Assembly (NCBI GenBank): GCA_035063585.1 | Contig: JAPSGB010000025.1 | Location: forward strand, 1 to 64,000 | Source: Polyangiaceae bacterium | GTDB lineage: Bacteria > Myxococcota_A > Polyangia > Polyangiales > Polyangiaceae | Reading direction: 5' to 3' | DNA: 64,000 nt | In this document: piece after piece, positions 47,429 to 55,850 of the stretch | Position numbering within the stretch: the first letter of the stretch is position 1 | How the letters are laid out: every line of letters begins with the position of its first letter | Position numbers and translations under genes: made by a program | The notes under the pieces: generated by a model | The model's input: the letters and a program-made list of their open reading frames with translations, nothing else | The model's database searches: none | Told to the model about the DNA's origin: nothing

Positions 47429-48202
47429 CTAGTGGAGCTCGAGATCCTCGGGCTCCCGCAAGGGCGGTCGCCGCTCGAGGAGCTCACGTGCGGTCGCGCG
47501 GACGACCAGCGCGGTGTCGACGCTGTCGAGCGTGAGCCGGAGCTCGACGCGCGTGCAGAGCTGAAGCAAGGGGACCGCCATGTCGTTCGGCGAGCCGGGG
47601 TTCAGCACCACCGCCATTCGCACACGGGTGCGGGTCAGCCAGCGTGGCGTCTGGCCGAGCTCTCGCAGCACGACTAGCCGAGCCGGCCGCCGCGCGACCA
47701 TCCGGACCACGTCTTCCTCGGTGAGGAGCGGGTTGTCGAGGAGCTGGCGAATGACCAGCGGGTGAGGATCCGCGAGGAGCTTCTCGAACGCGCGGCGGTG
47801 CGGACGGCGAGCCAGGCTCCGCCGCTCCCCGACCGTGAGCTCACGACCGACGCCGTAGTCGGGCACCGGAGGCTCGTCGGGCGGTCGGAGCTCCGCCGCG
47901 CTCGGTGGCCCTCGCCGGAGGAGGCGTTCGAGGCTCAAGAGGTGACGCCCCGCCGCTTCCTCGCGGAGGCGCGCCACGCGCTCGGTGTCACCGAGGGACA
48001 CCACCAGCAGCGCGAGCGCGGCGACGACCTCGCGGGCGCTGGGCACCATCCGCTCGCTCTCCTCGCAGAGCTCGTCGAGCAGCGGAGCCGCGCGCTCCGG
48101 GTCTTGCGCGCGGAGCCAGTCATCGAGCCAGGCGAGGCGCAGCGAGAGCTCGGGGAGCCCGAGCAACACCCGCTTCATCTGAGACGATCCTGCCCGCGCC
48201 AT
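47429..48202 (-). CDS. Hypothetical helical-repeat protein
   Basis: LTVGERRSLARR...LLADPHPLVIRQLLDNP...AVVLNPGSP. Confidence 0.7.
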   Translation of the reverse strand: MARAGSSQMKRVLLGLPELSLRLAWLDDWLRAQDPERAAPLLDELCEESERMVPSAREVVAALALLVVSLGDTERVARLREEAAGRHLLSLERLLRRGPPSAAELRPPDEPPVPDYGVGRELTVGERRSLARRPHRRAFEKLLADPHPLVIRQLLDNPLLTEEDVVRMVARRPARLVVLRELGQTPRWLTRTRVRMAVVLNPGSPNDMAVPLLQLCTRVELRLTLDSVDTALVVRATARELLERRPPLREPEDLELH

Positions 48203-48270
48203 GTCCCGCCGTACTTCGAGCGAGAGTAACCCGATGCGGCCGTCCTGACGATCCAGGCTAGACTCGGCGG

Positions 48271-51108
48271 GTGGTGACCGCGCTCATCGAGCAGCTCTCC
48301 GGGGCCTGGCGCCGGGTCGTCGGGCCCGCGTCTCGGTCCGCGGCGCTCGCCCTCGTGCTCGCGGTCCTGCTCGGGGGCGCGCACCTGGCCCGCCTCGGCA
48401 CCGACGCGGCGCGCGCGGTGGTCGGCGTGGGGCTGGCGCTCTCGGTCGGCGTGGTGCTGCTGCGCTCCTGGCTCGAGCGGCGCGCGTGGAGGAGCGCTCG
48501 GCGCACCATCCATCGCGTGCTCGTCTCGGCCGACCCGGCGCTCGGCAGGAAGGCGCTCCGGGCGCTGTCGTTGGCCGAGCGGACCGCGCATGATTCGAGC
48601 GCGGGCTCCGCGGAGCTCGCCGCGCTCCACCTCGAGCGGCTGATGGCGAGCGTGTCGGTGGAGCGCGTGTCGCGCGCGGCCACCCGCCGTGCCTCACGGT
48701 ATCGCGTGATCGGGTATGCGCTCATCGGGGCGGCGTTCGTGGCGCTGCTCGTGAGCCCTGCGCGCGTCGTCGAGGGGCTCGACGTCCTCGTCGCGCGACA
48801 CGGCCGCGCGCCGCTCCACCTGGCGTGGCTCGACGCGCCGCAGATCACCGCAAAGCTCCCCGCGTACCTTCGCGCGGGCGGCGATCGACTGCTCTCGCCG
48901 GGCGAGCCGGTGGAGCTCCCGATCGGAACCCAGCTGGTGTTCCGCGGCGTCCCCCTCCGACCTGGACGCGCGCTTCGACTCCACGCCGGTGAGCGCGAGG
49001 TGCCCTTCGTCGCCGATGGCGCGGGCGCGGTGGTCGCGCGTTGGACGGTGATGAGCGACGTACGCCTGCGCGTGGTCGCGCGCTTCGGGAACACGCTCAT
49101 CGAGGAGGCCGAGTCCCTCGAGGTCCGAGCCGTCACCGACCGAGCGCCGCTGGTGGAGCTCGAGAGCGCGCCGCGAACCATGAAGCTCGCCGAGCTCGAT
49201 CGCTTGGAGCTCCGCTACGACGCCTCGGATGATCACGGGCTTCGCCAAATCGATCTCGTGCTTCGCTCGGGCGGCTCCGAGGACCGTCGCACCTTGTCAC
49301 GGCTCGACGGTGAGGTGGAGAGCGACGCTGGCGGCGCAGTGCTCCAGCCCGACGACCCCTTCTTGCGGCGCATGTTCCTGCCGGTCGTGGTGACCGTCGA
49401 GGCGCTCGACAACGATCCTGTCGCAGGCTCGAAGTGGGGCAAGAGCGACGCCATCACCATCGTGCCCCCCGCCGTCGGCGAACCCGAGGCGAGGAGATTT
49501 GCGGCGCTCCTCGGGCTGCGCGACGAGCTCACCGACTTGCTCGCGCGCGAGCTCGATGGGAGCGCGCCGCGCGACCATCTCGCGCGATCCCAGGCCATCC
49601 CCGCTCGGGTCAGCGACGTCGTCGACGCGAGCTACGGAGGTCTGTCGGTGCCGAGCGGCCTCTCCGCGTTCCTGCTCGGGCAGGCGCGGGCGCTGGCGCG
49701 GCCGCTCCGGCCCGGGGAATCTCTGGTACGCAAGACGGAGGACGTGCTCTTGGCGTTCGACGTCGCGCTCCGCACCGTCGGGGCGAACGATGCGCGCGCG
49801 GTGGCGCGACGCCTCGCCGACGTGGCCGAAGAGGCCGCCGAGGGTGCGAAGCTCGCGCGGGAGTCAGAGCGACAGGCGCTCGGGCTCGCGCGCGTCGACG
49901 TCGCGCTCGACGCTCTCGCGAAGGGGGCGCGCGAGCTCCGCCGTCTCGATGCGCTAGGGCGCGATCTCGGTAGCGTTGCCGCGGCGGATCTCGGGCGCGC
50001 GCGCTCCGCGCGGGCGCGCTCGGACATGACGCACACCGAGCTCGCGGCCCGCCACCTCGCGGCGCGCCTCCGGCGTCCCGAGCCCTCGTTCGGCAGCGCC
50101 CGCACCGGCGGCGTGGAGTCGGGGGCCGGCAGCAGCCGAGCCTCCGGTGGTAAGGCGTCCCAAGCCGCGGACCACTTCGACCAGCTCGCCTCCGAGCTGC
50201 AGGAGCTCGTCCGCGACCACGCGACCGAGCTGGGCTCGGTCGAGCGATCGCTATCGGAAGCCGAGCAGAGCGTCGACATGGAGGCGCTGCGTGAGGAAGC
50301 CCGGCGGCACGCCGAGGCCGTGCGCGGCGCGCTCCGTGCGCTGCCCTTGCCCGGCTCCGAGCCCGGGACGGCGCGCGCGGCCGCTGCGCTGGGCCGTGAG
50401 CACGCCGGCGCGATGGCCGAGTCACTGGAGCGCTTGTCGTTCGCCGACGCGGTGAACGATGGCCGCGATGCGCTGGCGGCGCTCTCCGACGCCGAGAAGA
50501 AGGCCGCCGAGAACCCGAACGGAGCTGCGCTCGATCGGAGCGCGCTGCTCGAGGCTCGCCAGCGCCTGGGAGCCGAGCTCTCGTGGGCGGAGCAGCAGCT
50601 CACCCAGCTGAAGCAGCAGGCCCAGGCTCGCTCGCGTGGCGCGCTCGAGAAGTCGAGTCGAGCCGAGCAGGGGATCGCGCGGCGCGCCGGGAATCTGGCG
50701 GACCGTGGCAAGAACGCCGAGACGGCGCTGCCGGAGGACGCCATCGGCGCGCTCGAGCGCGCGGCGGGCATCATGCGCGAGGCGAGCCGCGAGCTCGCCA
50801 ATGGTCGCGGAGATCGTGGGCTCGAGCTCCAGCGGCAGGCGCAGCGCCTCCTCGAGCAAGCCAGCAACGGGAAGACGACCGACTCGAACGGCCAGGACGA
50901 CGGCCGAGCGCGCTCGCAGCGAAATGACCCGAGCGAGGACGGTGGTGAGGGCGGGAAGAGCCTGCGGATGGGCGGCGAGGTCCCGCACCCCGGCGACGGG
51001 CGGAGCGCGGAGGATTTCCGGCGCCGCGTGCTCCAGGGTCTGGGCAAGGCGGGCAGCGAGCGGCTCTCACCGGCCGTGAAGCGCTACGCGGAGGGGCTCC
51101 TCCAATGA
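48271..51108 (+). CDS. DUF4175-like membrane/coiled-coil protein
   Basis: N-terminal TMs, DRAPLV...ASDDHGL, EALDND, long coiled coil, C-terminal VKRYAEGLL. Confidence 0.75.
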   Translation: MVTALIEQLSGAWRRVVGPASRSAALALVLAVLLGGAHLARLGTDAARAVVGVGLALSVGVVLLRSWLERRAWRSARRTIHRVLVSADPALGRKALRALSLAERTAHDSSAGSAELAALHLERLMASVSVERVSRAATRRASRYRVIGYALIGAAFVALLVSPARVVEGLDVLVARHGRAPLHLAWLDAPQITAKLPAYLRAGGDRLLSPGEPVELPIGTQLVFRGVPLRPGRALRLHAGEREVPFVADGAGAVVARWTVMSDVRLRVVARFGNTLIEEAESLEVRAVTDRAPLVELESAPRTMKLAELDRLELRYDASDDHGLRQIDLVLRSGGSEDRRTLSRLDGEVESDAGGAVLQPDDPFLRRMFLPVVVTVEALDNDPVAGSKWGKSDAITIVPPAVGEPEARRFAALLGLRDELTDLLARELDGSAPRDHLARSQAIPARVSDVVDASYGGLSVPSGLSAFLLGQARALARPLRPGESLVRKTEDVLLAFDVALRTVGANDARAVARRLADVAEEAAEGAKLARESERQALGLARVDVALDALAKGARELRRLDALGRDLGSVAAADLGRARSARARSDMTHTELAARHLAARLRRPEPSFGSARTGGVESGAGSSRASGGKASQAADHFDQLASELQELVRDHATELGSVERSLSEAEQSVDMEALREEARRHAEAVRGALRALPLPGSEPGTARAAAALGREHAGAMAESLERLSFADAVNDGRDALAALSDAEKKAAENPNGAALDRSALLEARQRLGAELSWAEQQLTQLKQQAQARSRGALEKSSRAEQGIARRAGNLADRGKNAETALPEDAIGALERAAGIMREASRELANGRGDRGLELQRQAQRLLEQASNGKTTDSNGQDDGRARSQRNDPSEDGGEGGKSLRMGGEVPHPGDGRSAEDFRRRVLQGLGKAGSERLSPAVKRYAEGLLQ

Positions 51109-52673
51109 TCGTTAGTCGCGCGCTCGCCGGGCTCGCCATCATGCTCTGCGCGCTGATGTCCTCGAGCGCCAGGGCCGGGCTCGGGGAGCCGAGCCTACAG
51201 GAGATCGACGACGCCATCACGGAGCTCGACGTCCAGCGAGCTCGCGAGCTCATCGACCGGGTGACGACGGAGTCTCCCGGGCTCGCCCTCTTGCGAGCAC
51301 GGTTGGCGAATTACCTGGGTGACTGCGACACGGTGGCCGCGATCTTGTCGTCGCCGGAGCTCGCCGCCGCGGACACGACGGGTCTCGGGGACGTCGGCCG
51401 GCGCTGCGCCGGGGTGATCGCTGGCGCTACCGTGATCGAGGACGCCGGGAGCGGGATCCGCCTAGTGCTACAGGACGACGCGGACCGGGTCCTGGTTCCC
51501 TTCGTGACCGACGTCGTGGTTCGCGCGCGAGCGCATGTCGAGCACGATCTCGGGGTGCGCTTCCCGCGCCCGCTCAGGATCGTGATGGTGCGCGATCTGT
51601 TCTCGCTGTCGGCCGTCTCCGGGCTCCCGCTAGCCGCCGCCGAGACGACCGGCACGGTGGCGGTGGCTCGCTGGGGACGGGTGACCATCATCTCTCCGCG
51701 AGCCACCGCGCTCGGCTATCCGTGGGAGGACACCATGGCGCACGAGCTGACGCACCTCGCGCTCTCGCGCGCGACACGGGACTTCGCGCCGCTCTGGCTC
51801 CAAGAAGGTGTCGCCAAGCGTGAGGAGACGCGCTGGCGGGCTCCCCGGCCCTTCGATCGCACCCCCGACCCCACCGAGACGGCCCGCGCTGCCATGCTCA
51901 GCGGGCGCTCGGTCGGCATAGACAAGCTCGGGCCTTCGATCGCGATGCTGCCGACGCCCGAGGCAGCCTCGATTGCGTTCGCGGAGGTCGCGAGCTTCGT
52001 GTCGTATTGGATCGAGCAGAACGGCGCGCCGGCGTTCCAGCTCCTTCTCGACGATCTCAAGGGGCTCGGCTCGCACGACGCCGACGGCGCGATGCGGAGC
52101 GTCACTGGATTTCCGCTCACCTACTGGGTGGCGCGCTGGCGGGCCGCGCTGATGGCGGTCCCGCCGGAGGCGCGCCCGGGGGAGCCGCCGACGAGAGCCC
52201 GTGGCTCGACTCCAGCGCGGGCCAAGCCGGACGAGCTCGCGCGGCAGGTGCGTCTGGGCGATCTGCTCCAAGCGCGCGGGTATTCGGCGGCGGCCTCGCT
52301 CGAGCTCGCGCCGGCCCTGGCGCAAGCCGGCTCGGAGGCCGCGATCCGCTGGCGTGCTGCGAAGGCGGAGCTGGGCGCCGGTCGAATCGAGGAGGCGCGG
52401 CGGCGGCTCGGGACGGTCGCCGATGTCGACGCGGTGGTCGGGCCCTGGTTCGCGTTGAGCGGTCGGTTGGACCGCACGGCGGGCGCTGGCGAGGCTGCGG
52501 AGCAGGCGTTCCGCCTTGGAATTAGCGCGGATCCGCTCTCCGAAGAGGTGGCCTGCGAGGGGTCCTGGGCTCCGCGCTCGCCGGGCGCGATAGGCGCCCC
52601 GCCGCCCACCGTTCCCAAGGATCCAGCCCGTCGCGCGCTCTGCGAAGCGGTCCGCGCTTCGTCGCGAGATTGA
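51105..52673 (+). CDS. Secreted peptidase MA-like (HExxH) protein with TPR-like C-terminus
   Basis: Signal peptide; TMAHELTHLAL, PLWLQEGVA. Confidence 0.8.
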   Translation: MIVSRALAGLAIMLCALMSSSARAGLGEPSLQEIDDAITELDVQRARELIDRVTTESPGLALLRARLANYLGDCDTVAAILSSPELAAADTTGLGDVGRRCAGVIAGATVIEDAGSGIRLVLQDDADRVLVPFVTDVVVRARAHVEHDLGVRFPRPLRIVMVRDLFSLSAVSGLPLAAAETTGTVAVARWGRVTIISPRATALGYPWEDTMAHELTHLALSRATRDFAPLWLQEGVAKREETRWRAPRPFDRTPDPTETARAAMLSGRSVGIDKLGPSIAMLPTPEAASIAFAEVASFVSYWIEQNGAPAFQLLLDDLKGLGSHDADGAMRSVTGFPLTYWVARWRAALMAVPPEARPGEPPTRARGSTPARAKPDELARQVRLGDLLQARGYSAAASLELAPALAQAGSEAAIRWRAAKAELGAGRIEEARRRLGTVADVDAVVGPWFALSGRLDRTAGAGEAAEQAFRLGISADPLSEEVACEGSWAPRSPGAIGAPPPTVPKDPARRALCEAVRASSRD

Positions 52674-52722
52674 CCCGGGTGTAGGGTCCGCCTACCATCC
52701 TGACTGCAAACCCGCGACAATC

Positions 52723-53562
52723 TTGAGACTTCCGGTGAGTGTTGCCACCTACGCCGCAGCCCAGCTCCTGCGGGTGCTGCCTCGGACCCGCATCAGCCAG
52801 ATGGTGGGGCGGCTCTGCGATCAGCCGCTCTCTCCCGCGGCGTCACGCCTCGTCACGCGGGTCTACTCGCGGATCTATGAGGTCGACCTGACCGACGCCG
52901 CGCGTATCGACGGCGGCGCCGCCTACGCGAGCTTCGACGCCTTCTTCACGCGTGCGCTGCGGCCTGGCGCGCGGGTGACCAGCTCCGACCCGCTGACGAG
53001 CCCCGCGGATGGCGTGCTCGAGTCGACCGGCGTGATCGACGAGGCGAGCTGGCTCACCGTGAAGGGGAAGCCCTATGACGTGGGCGAGCTCATCGGCGAC
53101 CCAGTCGATGCGGCCCGCTTCGCCGGAGGTGAGTACGCGGTCGTCTATCTCTCTCCGCGCGACTATCACCGCGTCCACGCGCCGGTCGACGGTGTGATCG
53201 GGACGATTCGAGGTATTCCGGGCGATCTCTACCCGGTCAACGCCATCGGAGAGCGGCACGTGCCGCGCCTTTTCGCGCGTAATAGCCGCGTCGCGATCTG
53301 TATCGACACGAGAGAGTACGGGCGAGTGATCGTGGTGATGGTCGGCGCGATGATCGTTGGACGCATCAGCGTCCCGATGCTCCCTGGCCCAGCAGTTCCG
53401 CCCGGCGTCCACGATATCGAGCCGCCCCGCCCGGTGAAGCGCGGCGATGAGATTGGCACCTTCCACCTGGGCTCTACCGCGGTCGTGCTGGTCGAGCGGG
53501 GCCTCACGATACGACGTCCTCTCGGCGCCGTTCGCTTCGGACAAACATTGAGCCCCTCATGA
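52723..53562 (+). CDS. psd: Phosphatidylserine decarboxylase proenzyme
   Basis: FFTRAL, SPADG, YLSPRDYHRVHAP, FHLGST autocleavage motif. Confidence 0.93.
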   Translation: MRLPVSVATYAAAQLLRVLPRTRISQMVGRLCDQPLSPAASRLVTRVYSRIYEVDLTDAARIDGGAAYASFDAFFTRALRPGARVTSSDPLTSPADGVLESTGVIDEASWLTVKGKPYDVGELIGDPVDAARFAGGEYAVVYLSPRDYHRVHAPVDGVIGTIRGIPGDLYPVNAIGERHVPRLFARNSRVAICIDTREYGRVIVVMVGAMIVGRISVPMLPGPAVPPGVHDIEPPRPVKRGDEIGTFHLGSTAVVLVERGLTIRRPLGAVRFGQTLSPS

Positions 53563-55355
53563 CTGACGACGAGCACGACAACCGCCCTTTCGAAGACGAT
53601 CCCGTCGAGGCGGCGAGCTCGCTCGATGACGAGGCTCCGCCCGAGATCCCGGATCTCTCTTCATCGCCACGAATGAGCGAAGCGGAGGTAGAACCGGTCG
53701 AGCCCGAGCCGGTCGAGCCCGAGTCCGTCGAGCCCGAGTCCGTCGAGCCCGAGCCCGTCTCGAGTCGCTCTCGAGCGGTTCCTCCCCCGAAGCCGTCGAC
53801 CCGCCGTGGTCGCCTCGACACGATCCCTCAGACGCCGGTTGCGCGGTCGGCCGCGCCCCCGCGACCCGACGCGGAGGTCGAGGGATTTCCGTCGGCGGAT
53901 GCGCTCCGTCCGCCGCCTCCGCCCTCGATGCGACCGCCGCTACGGTCGCAGCCTCCGGAGCTCGTCGAAGTCTCATCGCCACCGCGCCAGATCTCCGCGC
54001 CGCCGCGTCCGGTCTCCGAGCCGCCGCGTCCGGTCTCGGTGCCTCCGCCGCGTCCGGTCTCCGAGCCGCCGCGTCCGGTCTCCGCGCCGCCGCGTCCGAT
54101 CTCCGAGCCGCCGCGCCCGATCTCCGAGCCGCCGCGCCCGGTCTCCGAGCCCCCCGATACCGGGCTGGCCGCGGCTCCCGTCGATGCGGCGCCAGCCGCT
54201 CGGGCGGACTCGGTGCCACCCGCTTCGGACGGAGCGCGGGCGGGTCGAGCCAAGATGATCACCATCCCCGACGACAGCGTGCCGGGGGCGGTGCCCGAGC
54301 CGCAGCGGCCCCAATCCTCAGCGGTCATGGCGATGCGGGTCATCACCATCCGCAAGAGCGTCGATGAGGCGCCGCCGGAGTTCGACGTCGAGTTCCCCGC
54401 CGAGCAGGGCGACGAGGCGGCCTCGATACTGGAGTCGACCGAGGAGCTCTCGGATGACGACGTCGCGCCGGATTCCGGCGGCGCACCGTCCGCGGGCGAG
54501 CCCAAGCGCTCCGCGCCGGCGGCTCCGCCTCCTCCTCCAAAGCGCTCCGCGCGCGCCCAGGCAGATGACAAGCCGAGCCCACCCTCGCTCGCCGACTCAC
54601 GTAGGCCGCAGCGGCGACCCTGGTGGGAGGAGATCTTCAGCGAAGATTTCGTCCGCGCCAGCTACCGCATCCCGGATGCGGTGATCGCGCGCGAGGTCGA
54701 CTTCATCGAGGAGTCGCTCGGCGTCGCTCCGGGCGGTGTGGTGCTGGATCTCGGCTGTGGCGATGGTCACCATGCGGTCGAGCTGGCGAGCCGCGGCTAC
54801 GGGGTCGTCGGCTACGATCTGTCGCTCTACCAGCTCGCGCTCGCCGCCGACGTCGCGCAGGACCGCGGGCAGAAGATCAATTTCCTCCAGGGCGACATGC
54901 GAGAGATGGCCTTCGAAGAGATGTTCGATGGCATCTTCTGCTGGAACACGACCTTCGGGTACTTCGAAGAGGAGAAGAACTTCGCTGTCGCGCAGCGCGT
55001 GTTCAAGGCGTTGAAGCCGGGCGGGATGTTCCTCATCGATGTCGTCAACCGCGATTTCGTGGCCGCCGATCAACCGAATCAGCTCTGGTACGAGGGAGAT
55101 GCGTGCGTCTGTATGGACGACATGAGCGTCGACTTCATCACCAGCCGACTGCGAGTGAAGCGCACCCTGATCCTCGATGACGGACGCTCGCGAGAGTGCT
55201 CGTATTCGGTGCGGCTCTACGCGCTCCACGAGCTCGGCAAGGTCTTGCACGACGTTGGTTTCCGCGTGACCGAAGCGAGCGGCAGCCCCATGACCCCGGG
55301 GGTCTTCTTCGGGAACTGCTCGCCGCGGATCATCATCCTCGCGCAGCGTCCGTGA
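53559..55355 (+). CDS. Class I SAM-dependent methyltransferase with long Pro/acidic disordered N-terminus
   Basis: VLDLGCGDGHH, GYDLS, QGDMRE, FGYFEEE, LKPGGMFLID in the C-terminal ~250 aa. Confidence 0.88.
   Translation: MTDDEHDNRPFEDDPVEAASSLDDEAPPEIPDLSSSPRMSEAEVEPVEPEPVEPESVEPESVEPEPVSSRSRAVPPPKPSTRRGRLDTIPQTPVARSAAPPRPDAEVEGFPSADALRPPPPPSMRPPLRSQPPELVEVSSPPRQISAPPRPVSEPPRPVSVPPPRPVSEPPRPVSAPPRPISEPPRPISEPPRPVSEPPDTGLAAAPVDAAPAARADSVPPASDGARAGRAKMITIPDDSVPGAVPEPQRPQSSAVMAMRVITIRKSVDEAPPEFDVEFPAEQGDEAASILESTEELSDDDVAPDSGGAPSAGEPKRSAPAAPPPPPKRSARAQADDKPSPPSLADSRRPQRRPWWEEIFSEDFVRASYRIPDAVIAREVDFIEESLGVAPGGVVLDLGCGDGHHAVELASRGYGVVGYDLSLYQLALAADVAQDRGQKINFLQGDMREMAFEEMFDGIFCWNTTFGYFEEEKNFAVAQRVFKALKPGGMFLIDVVNRDFVAADQPNQLWYEGDACVCMDDMSVDFITSRLRVKRTLILDDGRSRECSYSVRLYALHELGKVLHDVGFRVTEASGSPMTPGVFFGNCSPRIIILAQRP
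53694..53753 (+). repeat. 4 x 15-bp tandem repeat (PVEPE/SVEPE)
   Basis: ccggtcgagcccgag x2 then tccgtcgagcccgag x2. Confidence 0.9.
53979..54149 (+). repeat. 8 x ~21-bp tandem repeat (PPRPVSE-type heptads)
   Basis: ccgccgcgtccggtctccgag variants repeated in frame. Confidence 0.9.
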
Positions 55356-55409
55356 GCTCGGGTGGCTCGGCGGCGCGGCCGGCGACCGGTGAGGGCGCGC
55401 CGCTCTCGG

Positions 55410-55802
55410 CTACTTGCAGGTGACGCGCGCGTGCCCCGCGTCGGGCTCGCACGAGCACCCGGAGCCGAGGCGACCCGCGAGACACGCGCAGGAGGCCTCC
55501 GCCGCGCACTCAGGCAGCCACGCGCACCCGGCGCCGCCCGGGGCGCTCTCGTCACAGTAAAACCCCGCCGGGCACAGCCCGCGACCGCAGCGAAAGCAGG
55601 TCTCGTCCCGGCAGAGCTCGGCCGTGGGTTCCCGTGACGCCTCATCCTCACCGCGCGGCTCACCCGGCTCGCCGGCGCTCACCGGTTCGCCGGCGCTGCC
55701 CGCCGCGGTGTTCGGCGATGCGCCCGTCGCGCTGCCGCAGGACGCCAGCGCGAGCCACGAGCCGGCGACGATCCATGAAGCGAACCTCGACAAGCGCAGC
55801 AC
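55410..55802 (-). CDS. Small Cys-rich lipoprotein
   Basis: Lipobox LASC; ~12 Cys in the C-terminal half. Confidence 0.7.
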   Translation of the reverse strand: MLRLSRFASWIVAGSWLALASCGSATGASPNTAAGSAGEPVSAGEPGEPRGEDEASREPTAELCRDETCFRCGRGLCPAGFYCDESAPGGAGCAWLPECAAEASCACLAGRLGSGCSCEPDAGHARVTCK

Positions 55803-55850
55803 GGCTACCCAGACATATACGCCTCCGGCGACGCGGAGTACAAGGTCCGT

